Assembly (NCBI GenBank): GCA_044870765.1
Contig: JBIOZG010000017.1
Location: forward strand, 1 to 64,000
Direction of reading: 5' to 3'
Origin: Nitrososphaeraceae archaeon
Lineage (GTDB): Archaea > Thermoproteota > Nitrososphaeria > Nitrososphaerales > Nitrososphaeraceae
Length of the DNA stretch: 64,000 nucleotides
Position numbers and translations under genes: made by a program. This document shows, one piece after another, positions 52,813-63,105 of the stretch. The notes under the pieces were generated by a model. That model did not search any database. It was not told where the DNA came from and saw only the letters and a program-made list of their open reading frames with translations. Numbering within the stretch: position 1 is the stretch's first letter; every line of letters starts with the position of its first letter.

Positions 52813-53676
52813 ATGTTCAGGAGTTTATTGTTCATTCCTGGAAACAATGAAAGATTCTTAAAGAAATCAACAAGTCTTCATCCAGATATACTGTGTTTTG
52901 ATCTAGAAGATTCCGTACCCTCAAATGAAAAGGAAGCTGCAAGGCGTTTAGTCGCAGCACAACTTGCTTCTCAAAAAGAGGACAATTTATCACCGATTTA
53001 TGTCAGAATCAATTCAGTAGATTCTGGTATGATTGACGGTGATCTTGAAAGCGTTATAGGAAATGAATTGGACGGTATTGTTTTACCAAAGATAGGTACT
53101 AGTAAAGAAGTAATGCAAGTAATTGACAAAATTCACATGATTGCCTCAAAAAGAAAATTAACCCCGAGAATTCAAATCATCCCTTCAATAGAAACAGCAA
53201 AAGGAGTGGTTAATGCCAATTCCATTGCTTCAGCCCATGAAGACGTGGTAGCTTTGGTGTTTGGTGTTTTTGATTATTTATATGACATGGATATTGACAC
53301 TGAATATGATGAATCTATCAGCTACAACTATGCTAGATCAAAAATTCCCGTAGATGCAAAAGCTGCTGGAATAGATGCGTTGGACGGCATTTGGCAAAAA
53401 GTTAGCGATCTTGATGGCCTGGCTATGGATGCTACAGTTGCAAAAAATCTGGGTTACTCTGGCAAAACATTGATTCATCCTTCTCACATTAATCCCGTTC
53501 ATGATATTTTTCGGCCCACCAAGAAACAAATAGAGTGGGCAAAAAAAGTGTTAGCATCTTTACAGGATTCTGTTGAAAAGGGAAATCCAAAAGGAGCAAT
53601 ACTTTTAGATGGTAAAATGATAGATGCTGTACATTACAAGCAAGCAAAGGCCGTATTAAATGCAGCAAACCAATAA
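52813..53676 (+). CDS. CitE/HpcH-family CoA-ester lyase
   Basis: RSLLFIPG, DLEDSV, VRIN, IETAKG, GKTLIHP, GKMID. Confidence 0.9.
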   Translation: MFRSLLFIPGNNERFLKKSTSLHPDILCFDLEDSVPSNEKEAARRLVAAQLASQKEDNLSPIYVRINSVDSGMIDGDLESVIGNELDGIVLPKIGTSKEVMQVIDKIHMIASKRKLTPRIQIIPSIETAKGVVNANSIASAHEDVVALVFGVFDYLYDMDIDTEYDESISYNYARSKIPVDAKAAGIDALDGIWQKVSDLDGLAMDATVAKNLGYSGKTLIHPSHINPVHDIFRPTKKQIEWAKKVLASLQDSVEKGNPKGAILLDGKMIDAVHYKQAKAVLNAANQ

Positions 53677-53846
53677 AATATTTACTCAACTGTATTGTGG
53701 TTTCTTTCAGAGGATTTGCAACTTATCTAAAAAATAAATTTTCAAGGTTAACAAGGTTAATCGACGCTTATTAATTCATTCTACAATATCAGTGTTGATG
53801 AAATTTAGAAAAATTAAAGACAAAAACAAATCAAGTTTGGAGAATA

Positions 53847-54101
53847 GTGATAACAAAATTGACTAATTCATATGAATCGCTGATGATTGCAAAGACGTGC
53901 AAGTCAAATACGTCTTCTGGAAAGGTTATCTATACTCTGGAGAATGCCGACTCCATTACTTATTTGGGTAAAAGAGATATTTTATTGAATCAATTGAGTG
54001 CATGTGAGAAATTAATTACTTATGCAAGGGACAACAACGAACTAGGACTAATCCAGACAGAAATAAATGAATTAAAACTAATGTTGGATCTAGTGGTATA
54101 A
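53847..54101 (+). CDS. Hypothetical protein
   Basis: 84-aa ORF with a helical C-terminus (QLSACEKL...EINELKLMLD). Confidence 0.55.
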   Translation: MITKLTNSYESLMIAKTCKSNTSSGKVIYTLENADSITYLGKRDILLNQLSACEKLITYARDNNELGLIQTEINELKLMLDLVV

Positions 54102-54157
54102 ACAAATTGACTTTTTGTATCTGTCCCCGTAGTTCTTGATGCCTCAGTAAATATAGG

Positions 54158-54520
54158 ATGACAATCAATTTCCTAGAATACAGTCTATATACTGAGCAGC
54201 TACAATCTAATGTAGTGTCCAGTTCACAATCACACAGAGATAGAATCTACATCGTTCGAGACATAATTATGAAGCTTGTTGAATACGGCCAGCTTAACCA
54301 GACTGCCCTGGTTAGTTTTTGTGGACTGAACTTAAAGAAGCATAGATCAATATTTGACAAAATGGAACTCAATGGTTTGATCTTTAGAACAGAAAAAACT
54401 TTAGGAAAAAGAACGGTAACTGTCTATAGCGCGACTCAAAAGGGGTTGGAATTTTGCAGAAGTATAATAGAGCCCTACGAGAAACTTTTTCCAAGACCGG
54501 CTGATGGCAATGGACGCTAA
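54158..54520 (+). CDS. Winged-helix DNA-binding protein
   Basis: HRDRIYIVRDII...NQTALVSFCGLN...YSATQKGLEF. Confidence 0.8.
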   Translation: MTINFLEYSLYTEQLQSNVVSSSQSHRDRIYIVRDIIMKLVEYGQLNQTALVSFCGLNLKKHRSIFDKMELNGLIFRTEKTLGKRTVTVYSATQKGLEFCRSIIEPYEKLFPRPADGNGR

Positions 54521-54564
54521 TTCTGTTCCATTATCATAACTGAATTATAGTTCTTGATTGTTGG

Positions 54565-54981
54565 TTAATTTTCGGAATCCTCAGTGAAGCTGTATTCGGA
54601 TTCGATGCTCTTGCGAATTTGTTCTTTATTGGTCAGATATTTGGCATATCTCTTATTCCAATCACTAATCATACGATATTGCCGTAAACCTGCAACAATC
54701 CATACAGAAGAAATAGCAATTACTGATCCGAGTAATATTATTAGCACAAACCCAAAATCGTACTCGTTTTGAAGAATGGTAAAGAATGAAGAATGAGTTA
54801 TTAAAAAGGCAGAGAGTGCAATTGCAAGTGGAGCTAATATGAGAGCAGATACAGAAACGCCCCTGAGGATGCTCTTTATTCCCGATATTTGATCGATAAA
54901 ACCATCTATCAAACTCAAGATATCAGTACTGTTTGAACTGATATTTCCTTTATCATCTTGAGACTGCGTCATAATCACCAA
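54565..54981 (-). CDS. Hypothetical two-TM membrane protein
   Basis: Two TM segments followed by WNKRY. Confidence 0.7.
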   Translation of the reverse strand: MVIMTQSQDDKGNISSNSTDILSLIDGFIDQISGIKSILRGVSVSALILAPLAIALSAFLITHSSFFTILQNEYDFGFVLIILLGSVIAISSVWIVAGLRQYRMISDWNKRYAKYLTNKEQIRKSIESEYSFTEDSEN

Positions 54982-55333
54982 TACAATAAACTGTATTATT
55001 TACATTCTGGTCGAGTCGTTCAAAGGTATCCCTGAGGAAATTTATCATTTTTCTGCTCCAATAATATCTTAAAGAATTAACTGGACGGAAATACTGGTAA
55101 TAAAATAGTCTCTCAATGGAAGTATGAAAATTGTCCATTTTACGTTCACATTCCAAATCAATGTTTTAGTTAATTAACTTGAGGTAACATAGTTCAATGA
55201 GGGTTATATTATTAAATTGATTTCAAATAATAATTCCTCGTTTACAACTTTGAAATGACTGTGCGAACACGCTAGAGCAAATTAGGTCTTTTTGCTTTAT
55301 AATCTATAACAGTTATAAAGCAAGGAAAATTAT

Positions 55334-57265
55334 TTGTACGTCAGGTTTAGCTATGTGAAAACCGATCTTCCATACTATTCTCAATTAGTATCAATAATAA
55401 GAACATTAAAAACTATGAGATGGAATCTAGATTTTAGTTATTTCAGAAAATGGATAATAATAGGTTTTCTGTTAGGCGTAGTTGCGGGTCTTGGTGCAAT
55501 CGCACTTTTTCTATCGGTTGAATTTTTTACGGCTATATTTCTCCAAATAGGAACAGGATATTCTCCACCTTTGCCTGGAGGATTCCAAGACAATCTTAGC
55601 TACAGCTACGACCTATTTATCGAAAGACCTTGGCTGATACCCCCGATTTGTGGACTTGGAGGTCTTTTAGTAGGATTGATAACAACCAAGTTCTCGCCAG
55701 AATCCGAAGGTCATGGAACAGATGCTGTAATAGATGCTTATCATCACAAGAGAGGGAATATTAGAGGAAGAGTTCCACTTGTGAAGGCTGTTGCTTCCTC
55801 TATAACCATAGGAAGTGGTGGGAGTGGAGGAACTGAAGGGCCTGCGGGCCAAATTGCTGCTGCATTCGGATCATTGATTGGTAAACTATTCAAATTAGAT
55901 GAAGATGAAAGAAGAATTGCAGTAGCTGCTGGTCTTGGAGCTGGAATCGGAAGTATATTCAAGATTCCGCTTGGAGGTGCAGTTTTCAGTGCGGAGGTAT
56001 TCTACAGAAGAGATTTCGAAGTTAGGGCTTTAATTCCTGGTTTAGTCGCGTCTGTAACAGGCTATACCGTTTTTGGATTTGTCTTTGGATGGGATCGTCT
56101 ATTTTCGATTCCACTTGATCTGGTAAAGTATACTCATCCCGCTTCGCTCATTCTTTATGCCATTGTAGGACTAGCTTCGGCAGCAGTAAGTGTTGGCTAC
56201 GTAAAGACCTTTTACATGATATCGGATTATTTTAGCAGAATTCGAATTCCAAAGTATCTAAAACCAGCTGTGGGAGGCGTTCTAGTAGGAATGATTGGGA
56301 TTGTATTCCCTCAAATTTTAGGTACCTCATATGGATGGTTGCAAATAGCAATTAACAAGGATTATTCTTTGTTGCCCCTATACATGCTTGGCGCCGTAAT
56401 TGTTTTCAAAATTTTGGCTACTTCATTGACAATTGGTTCTGGTGGAAGTGCAGGTGTTTTTGGACCTTCCATGGTAATAGGAGGGATGGTTGGAGCGTTC
56501 ATTGGCACAGCATTTCACTTAATGGGGCTATTTACTTGGATTGATGTTTCGTCTGTTATAATTGTGGGAATGGTTTCGTTCTTTGGAGCAACAGCAAAAA
56601 CACCAATCTCATCAATTATTATGGGAAGTGAACTAACCGGAGGGTATGCACTTTTGGCACCAATGATGCTAGCGACATTTATTGCATACATCATGTCCGG
56701 ACAACATAACTCAATATTTCGAAGTCAGGTACTCAATAGATCCGATTCGCCCGCACACAGAATGGAATACCAGCGTCCCATCCTGAGTGACCTATATGTA
56801 AGAGACGTTGTCAAGGCCTCGACAAATAAATTATCAAAGGATGTTTCGATTGAAGAGACTCTACAAATAATGAATCGTAACAATAGTAAAATGATACTCG
56901 TTGTTAATGACGAAGATATGCTACAGGGTGTAGTATACAAACACAAGCTATTTGAATTTCCCGAAGAATACCGTAAGGCGGTTAAGTTAGAAAGTATAAT
57001 GATTACGGATCCATTTTTTGCGTATAGTTCTGACTCGCTTCACAATGCACTAGTAAGACTATCTTCAAATGATCTTCAAGAAATGCCAGTGTTATCAAAT
57101 GAAGAGAACAAGGTTATTGGAATTATTACGATATCAGATTTAGTAACACTCTATGATAGGGAGGTAGAAAAGATAACGAAGATCATGAACCGATCAAACA
57201 TTAATACAAAAAATGATGAAATGAATAATGAGTTTAAAAACAAACCTGTTGATTCAAAAAAATAG
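55334..57265 (+). CDS. ClC chloride channel/H+ antiporter with tandem CBS domains
   Basis: GHGTD, GTEGP (gating Glu), GSAGVFGP, C-terminal CBS pair; likely start MRWNLD. Confidence 0.93.
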   Translation: MYVRFSYVKTDLPYYSQLVSIIRTLKTMRWNLDFSYFRKWIIIGFLLGVVAGLGAIALFLSVEFFTAIFLQIGTGYSPPLPGGFQDNLSYSYDLFIERPWLIPPICGLGGLLVGLITTKFSPESEGHGTDAVIDAYHHKRGNIRGRVPLVKAVASSITIGSGGSGGTEGPAGQIAAAFGSLIGKLFKLDEDERRIAVAAGLGAGIGSIFKIPLGGAVFSAEVFYRRDFEVRALIPGLVASVTGYTVFGFVFGWDRLFSIPLDLVKYTHPASLILYAIVGLASAAVSVGYVKTFYMISDYFSRIRIPKYLKPAVGGVLVGMIGIVFPQILGTSYGWLQIAINKDYSLLPLYMLGAVIVFKILATSLTIGSGGSAGVFGPSMVIGGMVGAFIGTAFHLMGLFTWIDVSSVIIVGMVSFFGATAKTPISSIIMGSELTGGYALLAPMMLATFIAYIMSGQHNSIFRSQVLNRSDSPAHRMEYQRPILSDLYVRDVVKASTNKLSKDVSIEETLQIMNRNNSKMILVVNDEDMLQGVVYKHKLFEFPEEYRKAVKLESIMITDPFFAYSSDSLHNALVRLSSNDLQEMPVLSNEENKVIGIITISDLVTLYDREVEKITKIMNRSNINTKNDEMNNEFKNKPVDSKK

Positions 57266-57398
57266 CGATATAAACAAATTATTTTACAAATGAATTTGGT
57301 ATCGGGACACACAAACAATGAAGAATTGAATTAGAAAAAAGGCTTTAGTATAGAATCAATAAATAGAGTAAAATAAATTAATTAATAGTTTATCAATT

Positions 57399-58511
57399 CT
57401 AATCCTGCTTTGTTTTTGATGGAGCCTCTACAATTTTTGGTTGTGGGGAAGATACAACTTTACATGGATCAGTCTTAATTTGCTGAAGTAGTTTTATGCT
57501 GTTGTCTACAAGATCCTTAACTGATCTGTTAATGTAACGAGATTTTGAAAATTGAATTACATTATTTTCCATATCTTCTGCGGTCCAACCTCTACTCCAG
57601 CCCATAAACGCAAACGGAGGTAATGAAAATCCAAGCTCCGTGAAAAACATCATCATATTTCCTGCAACATGTTGTATATTGTCTTGACCTCCAGTAATAA
57701 TAAAACTTGCAACCTTGTTTTTGACAAGCACACGATCGTGAAGTGTGGTCTGATTTTGTACGCAATTTAGTCGTTCTATCATTTTATGGTATAATGAAGA
57801 TGCATTACCCCATCTTATTGGTGTAGAGATAATTACAATATCTGCCCAGAGTATCATCTTTCTATAAACTTCGTTCATACCATCGTTTTCATCCATCTCT
57901 GAAATCGAACAGGGCCACGTACATGCCTGTTCATTAATGCTATAATAGCCTTCACAGTGCCTGAATTCAAGATCTCTGAGTCTTAGGAGAACTGTGGAGG
58001 CCTTGTATTTTTCCTTTGAATAGAACAGTGCCTTATTTAGCGATATTTCAGAGGTAGATTCTCTATTCAAATTATCGTTCATACTTGTAGTAGATATTCC
58101 CAGAATATTCAATGAGTTCGTTGTGGTCTGATATTCAAGCTCTATTAGATCCTTCAACGGGCTGTCATATTTTTTCTTAGACGAATAAACGATAGGTTGA
58201 CTTGAAACAAAGATCTTCCCATTAATTATTCTAACATCAAAAACAGATTGTTGTTCATCATACCCAGGAGGTGCCTTTCCGTTCGAGATATTATATTCCC
58301 ATCCATGCCATGGGCAAGTAACATAAAAGCCATCGTATTTTTTTTCTATCTTTCCCGTTGCAAGTGGACCGCCCTTATGCAGGCATCTATTGCCCAATGC
58401 AGTAATCGTATTATCAATCTTAAATAACGCAATATCTTTACCCTTTACAGAAATTACTTTACTTGTTCCATTGGCTAATTCGTCTTCCTTAATGGTCTCT
58501 ACAAATTCCAT
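57399..58511 (-). CDS. Rieske [2Fe-2S] domain fused to a flavodoxin-like NAD(P)H-dependent FMN reductase domain
   Basis: CLHKGGPL...CPWHGWEY; CEGYYS...CTWPC; ADIVIISTPIRWG. Confidence 0.85.
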   Translation of the reverse strand: MEFVETIKEDELANGTSKVISVKGKDIALFKIDNTITALGNRCLHKGGPLATGKIEKKYDGFYVTCPWHGWEYNISNGKAPPGYDEQQSVFDVRIINGKIFVSSQPIVYSSKKKYDSPLKDLIELEYQTTTNSLNILGISTTSMNDNLNRESTSEISLNKALFYSKEKYKASTVLLRLRDLEFRHCEGYYSINEQACTWPCSISEMDENDGMNEVYRKMILWADIVIISTPIRWGNASSLYHKMIERLNCVQNQTTLHDRVLVKNKVASFIITGGQDNIQHVAGNMMMFFTELGFSLPPFAFMGWSRGWTAEDMENNVIQFSKSRYINRSVKDLVDNSIKLLQQIKTDPCKVVSSPQPKIVEAPSKTKQD

Positions 58512-58653
58512 GGAAAATATTGCAAGTTGAAGTTATTATAGTATAGCTAGTCAAAGAGAAGATGATAATTTCATGATGAATGTAGATATAACCTTACTGA
58601 CTACAGATTATGAAATATTTTTATTTATGATAGCAATTGTTTATCAATACTTT

Positions 58654-59256
58654 ATGTTCACTGGTATCGTAGAAGGTACTGGAATTATCAAATCAATGGT
58701 CAATATAAAAGACAATGATAAGGCCGCCGACAATAGGATTGAAATAGATCTGGGAAAACTGAGCAAGGGTCTAGAAGTGGGTGATAGTGTAAATGTCAAT
58801 GGAACATGCCTCACGGCAACACGGATTTTGAAAAGCGTAGCATATTTTGAAGTCGTAAAAGAAACCATGAAACGAACCGCTTTAGGAATCTTGAAAGTTG
58901 GAGATCAAGTAAATCTAGAAAGGAGTATGAGGATAAACGATAGACTTGAAGGGCATATTGTCTTGGGTCATGTAGATGGCGTTGGAAAAATAGAAGATAT
59001 CAAGAAGATCCCCTCTGAGACCAAAATGTGGATAAATGTGAACAAGGAGATATCAAAGTATTTGGTACCAAAAGGGTCTGTTGCGCTAGATGGCATAAGC
59101 TTTACCATTGTTGATGTCTCAGATACAAGATTTTCAGTTGCTCTGGTTCCTCATACACTGGCCGTTACCACATTTAAAAATAAACGAAAAGGAGATAAAG
59201 TTAATATTGAGGCAGACATTTTAAGCAAGTATGTCACAAAATTATTACCACGTTAG
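58654..59256 (+). CDS. ribE: Riboflavin synthase (bacterial/eukaryotic alpha-chain type)
   Basis: Diagnostic N-terminus MFTGIVE (ATG 58654), GDSVNVNGTCLT, GHIVLGHVDG, KGSVALDGISFT, VNIEAD. Confidence 0.95.
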   Translation: MFTGIVEGTGIIKSMVNIKDNDKAADNRIEIDLGKLSKGLEVGDSVNVNGTCLTATRILKSVAYFEVVKETMKRTALGILKVGDQVNLERSMRINDRLEGHIVLGHVDGVGKIEDIKKIPSETKMWINVNKEISKYLVPKGSVALDGISFTIVDVSDTRFSVALVPHTLAVTTFKNKRKGDKVNIEADILSKYVTKLLPR

Positions 59257-59303
59257 TAGTTATTACCAGAAAATCAGTAAACTTTTTAATTGTAGATAGT
59301 GTT

Positions 59304-59993
59304 TTGAAACACGTGAAATCAATTGACGATGCTATACGGACACTAAGGGAAGGGAAATTTATCTTGATTCATGATAGCGAATCTCGAGAAAACGAAGTTG
59401 ATATGATGAAACCTGCTCAATTTATTAACGCACGCGATATATCAACAATGCGAAGTGATGCTGGTGGACTAATTTGCTTGGCCATATCAGGCGAAATTGC
59501 ATCAAAATTAAATTTGATATTTATGCATGATCTGCTTCATTTGGCTTCCAAGAATAACTCTTCCTTGTCTAAAATGATAAGTTCTATTGCGCCCTACGGC
59601 GACCGACCTTCATTTTCAATTACCATAAACCATATTGATACCTTTACAGGTATAACAGATAAAGATAGAGCACTTACAATTATGAAAATGGCAGAAGTAT
59701 GTTCTGACATAGATAATTATGGCAAATATGAATTTTTTAAGAAGTTTCGATCTCCCGGCCATGTACATTTACTAATTGCTGCAAACGAATTGCTTAAGGA
59801 AAGATCTGGTCATACCGAATTATCTATTCAATTAATGAAATTGGCAAATTTAGTCCCAACAGCCGTAATTTGTGAAATGCTCGATTCCGATACGGGCGGA
59901 GCATTAACAGTTGACAAAGCAATGGAATATTCTTCAAGATTTAACATCCCATTAGTCGAATCCCTTCAAATTAAAGAATCATGTGTGAATTGA
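59304..59993 (+). CDS. ribB: 3,4-dihydroxy-2-butanone-4-phosphate synthase (archaeal type)
   Basis: RENEVD, GGLIC, TGITDKDRA, FRSPGHV, RSGHTE, CEML. Confidence 0.95.
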   Translation: MKHVKSIDDAIRTLREGKFILIHDSESRENEVDMMKPAQFINARDISTMRSDAGGLICLAISGEIASKLNLIFMHDLLHLASKNNSSLSKMISSIAPYGDRPSFSITINHIDTFTGITDKDRALTIMKMAEVCSDIDNYGKYEFFKKFRSPGHVHLLIAANELLKERSGHTELSIQLMKLANLVPTAVICEMLDSDTGGALTVDKAMEYSSRFNIPLVESLQIKESCVN

Positions 59994-60000
59994 AGATATT

Positions 60001-60450
60001 TTGAGTAAAATAAGATTAGCTATAGTCGTAGCTGAGTTTAACAAAGAGATCACTAATGAAATGCTTAAAACAGCCATATCGCATTCAAAGAAGTTAAACA
60101 TGCATATTAAAAAAATATGTCATGTACCTGGAACATTTGACATGCCTTTGGTTGTCGAAAAACTTTTGGAAAAAGATCAAATTGATGTGGTAGTCACGTT
60201 AGGTGCAGTCATAAAGGGAGAGACGGGTCATGATCAGGTTATAGCAAATAACACTGCTAGATTACTTTCCAATCTTTCTTTAAAGTATCAAAAGCCAGTC
60301 ACACTCGGAATCACGGGACCTGATATGACACTAAAGCAGGCCAAGCAAAGAGCCAAAATTGTTCCCAAGAGAGCAATCGAAGCTGCACACAAAATGGTAA
60401 CGAGATTATTAGAACTGGAAGACAATAAGGGCAAGGGTAGCCAACAATGA
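60001..60450 (+). CDS. ribH: 6,7-dimethyl-8-ribityllumazine synthase
   Basis: VVAEFN, VPGTFDMP, LGAVIKGETGH, KPVTLGITGP. Confidence 0.95.
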   Translation: MSKIRLAIVVAEFNKEITNEMLKTAISHSKKLNMHIKKICHVPGTFDMPLVVEKLLEKDQIDVVVTLGAVIKGETGHDQVIANNTARLLSNLSLKYQKPVTLGITGPDMTLKQAKQRAKIVPKRAIEAAHKMVTRLLELEDNKGKGSQQ

Positions 60451-61235
60451 CAATTCAAATTACCATAATAAAGATCGAGGGTTATGGTCCATGGACATTA
60501 AAATTGGGAAGCGATAGGGAGGCCCAGTTACAAATATTTCAAGCAAGTCTCTATAGCGATTTGCAAAATCTTTTCACTAAAAGGAATTGTATCTTATACT
60601 TTAACAGATTTGATGAACTAATTGCAATTAGTAACGGATTATCCATTGATGATCACTTATTTATTGAACAGGAAATTAACGATATGTACAAAGGCATTGA
60701 GATTTCTATGGCTATCGGAACAGGCGAAACTCCTTTGGATGCAAACATTGCAGCACACAATTCACGTAAAAACAACATATTGGTAAGCAAAAGCAAGTTG
60801 GTATATGCAAGTGAACAAATTCAATTAATGTATAATAATTCAACAAAATCACCCATGGATATGTTCGCTCAAGTGTTACACATCGATATAGATAATTCCA
60901 CCAAAGTTAGTAATATGCTATCCCCATATGAAATTACAGCAAGAATTATGGAGATGTTTTCAAAGATTATTGAGATGTTTATCGAGCAAAAATCCATGAC
61001 ATTTTTTCTCGGTGGTGATAACTTTATGGTTATTTCTAATACTGTTTCTAAAGAGAAAGTATCCAAAATAATTAATAAAATCCAAGATTCTCAAAATATC
61101 AAGCTAAACTGTGGGATAGGCAGAGCTGCTACCGGTAGAAAAGCAGTACAAGCTGCAACAGAGGCCTTGGATACAATCCGAAGTCTTAGAGATAAAGGCA
61201 TACTTCAACCTGTATATGAAATAATATGGCACTAA
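60447..61235 (+). CDS. gch3: GTP cyclohydrolase III (IIa, ArfA)
   Basis: YGPWT..LGSDRE..LQ..QA, RFD, HIDID, FFLGGDNF. Confidence 0.92.
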   Translation: MTIQITIIKIEGYGPWTLKLGSDREAQLQIFQASLYSDLQNLFTKRNCILYFNRFDELIAISNGLSIDDHLFIEQEINDMYKGIEISMAIGTGETPLDANIAAHNSRKNNILVSKSKLVYASEQIQLMYNNSTKSPMDMFAQVLHIDIDNSTKVSNMLSPYEITARIMEMFSKIIEMFIEQKSMTFFLGGDNFMVISNTVSKEKVSKIINKIQDSQNIKLNCGIGRAATGRKAVQAATEALDTIRSLRDKGILQPVYEIIWH

Positions 61236-62467
61236 CTATTAGCAACATTAGTCTATTCATTGGCGAAAATCTTGAATACATCAATAAAGGATATGTAGTA
61301 GTCAAAAATGGAATAATAGAAAGTGTTGGCACAGGAGATTATAAGGGAAGGTCCGATGGAGCAATTTACGATGGAGAAGGCATATTAGCAATTCCGGGAT
61401 TTATTAATGCTCATACACACATTGGTGATTCCTTTGGAAAGGACATTGGAGTTGACTCGACATTTGAGACAAGGATCCATCCGATTTATGGTATCAAAAA
61501 TAAGATCCTGCGAAAGAGCGAAAGAAAGCATTTAGTCAATTTCATGAGAAGTTCTGCAATGTCTATGATGAGAAATGGCATAGTTGCATTTGCAGATTTT
61601 AGGGAGGGCGGACTTGAAGGAATAGATCAAATTAAAGAAGCAATATCAGGATTATCTATAAAAGGTATTGTGTTGGGCAGACCAGAATTTTACCACGACA
61701 TATCGAAAGATTTTGTCATAAATCCAAAATTGCCACCAGGTGTAATAGAACTTATTTTTCAGATTGCCAACGCAGCTGATGGATTAGGCATAAGTGGAGC
61801 TAATGAGAACACAGATAATTCATTGAATGAGTATGGAAAAGTAATCCATGAAAATTCTTTGAAAAAAAAATTTTTGATAGGTATTCATGCTGCTGAATCA
61901 CTTGAAACAACAAAGAAATCAATTACCGTGACAGGGAAAAGCGAGGTTCAAAGAATAGTATCAAAGCTCTTGCCAAATTTTGTTGTACATTTAACACATG
62001 CATCTGATGTTGATATTGAACTTGTTGCAAGAAAAAAAATCGGAATTGTTGTTTGTCCTAGGGCAAACGGCACTCTTGGTGTTGGAATACCAAGAATTTC
62101 CAAGATGTTAAGTTCAGGATGTTGTGTTGGTATTGGTACAGACAACATTATGATTAATTCTCCGGACATGTTTCGTGAATTAGATTATGTCTGGAAAGTG
62201 TCCAGGACATTCGCGGATAGGCCAATTCCTGCACGAGAGATCCTAAAAATGGCCACAGTCAACGGAGGAAAAATACTCGACATAAATTCTGGAGCCATAT
62301 TGACTGGCAAGTCTGCGGATATTATATTTATCGACAAAAACAATTTGGATATTTCACCAATGCATGACCCTCATGTTTCCGTAATACATAGAGCAAATGC
62401 AAGCTGTATTCTCAATGTTATGATAAATGGTAAATTTATAGATGGAGATGAATTTGGTTGTATGTAG
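61226..62467 (+). CDS. Metal-dependent amidohydrolase/deaminase
   Basis: INAHTHIGDS, DFREGG, HAAES, VHLTHA, CPRAN, GTDN. Confidence 0.88.
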   Translation: MALTISNISLFIGENLEYINKGYVVVKNGIIESVGTGDYKGRSDGAIYDGEGILAIPGFINAHTHIGDSFGKDIGVDSTFETRIHPIYGIKNKILRKSERKHLVNFMRSSAMSMMRNGIVAFADFREGGLEGIDQIKEAISGLSIKGIVLGRPEFYHDISKDFVINPKLPPGVIELIFQIANAADGLGISGANENTDNSLNEYGKVIHENSLKKKFLIGIHAAESLETTKKSITVTGKSEVQRIVSKLLPNFVVHLTHASDVDIELVARKKIGIVVCPRANGTLGVGIPRISKMLSSGCCVGIGTDNIMINSPDMFRELDYVWKVSRTFADRPIPAREILKMATVNGGKILDINSGAILTGKSADIIFIDKNNLDISPMHDPHVSVIHRANASCILNVMINGKFIDGDEFGCM

Positions 62468-63105
62468 TCCTAAACGCAGCAATGTCAATAGATGGTAAGA
62501 TTACTACTAGGAAAAACGATTCGTCAATTTCTTCTAAAATTGATTGGGTACGTGTCCACAAATTAAGATCCACTGTAGATGGTATAGTGATTGGGATATC
62601 AACTATCTTGAAAGATGATCCTATGTTAAATGTAAGATACGCCAAAACGGTAAAGAATCCCGCAAGAATTATTATTGATTCAAAAGCAAGAATTCCATTA
62701 GATTCTAGAATTATGAGGTCATCAAAGAAAATTGAAACATTCGTGGCCGTAACTCATGATGCTTCTTTAAAGAAAATTAAGGAAATAGAAAAGAAAGGCG
62801 CCAAAGTATTAGTCATAGGTAGAAAAAAAGTGAACATCATAAATCTATTTCAACATTTAGAAAAAGTAGGTCTCAAAAAGGTACTCGTCGAGGGAGGAGG
62901 AGAAATTAACTGGTCTGTCTTAAAATTGGGTCTTGTCAACGAATTAATAGTTACGATTGCGCCGATAGTAATTGGCGGCAGAGATGCAAAGACATTAGTT
63001 GAGGGTGAAGGAATTTCCTACATCTATAATGCAATTAGAATGAAGCTGGTAAAATCAATAATACAAGACAAAAAAGAGATTGTTTTAATTTATAAGCTAC
63101 GATGA
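62458..63105 (+). CDS. arfC: 2,5-diamino-6-ribosylamino-4(3H)-pyrimidinone 5'-phosphate reductase (stand-alone RibD_C)
   Basis: AAMSIDGKI, VHKLR, DDPML, VEGGGEIN, APIVIGG. Confidence 0.92.
   Translation: MYVVLNAAMSIDGKITTRKNDSSISSKIDWVRVHKLRSTVDGIVIGISTILKDDPMLNVRYAKTVKNPARIIIDSKARIPLDSRIMRSSKKIETFVAVTHDASLKKIKEIEKKGAKVLVIGRKKVNIINLFQHLEKVGLKKVLVEGGGEINWSVLKLGLVNELIVTIAPIVIGGRDAKTLVEGEGISYIYNAIRMKLVKSIIQDKKEIVLIYKLR

Noticed and set aside
58573-58653. N-terminal extension of the riboflavin synthase ORF
   Set aside because: The enzyme family begins at MFTG, so the true start is 58654
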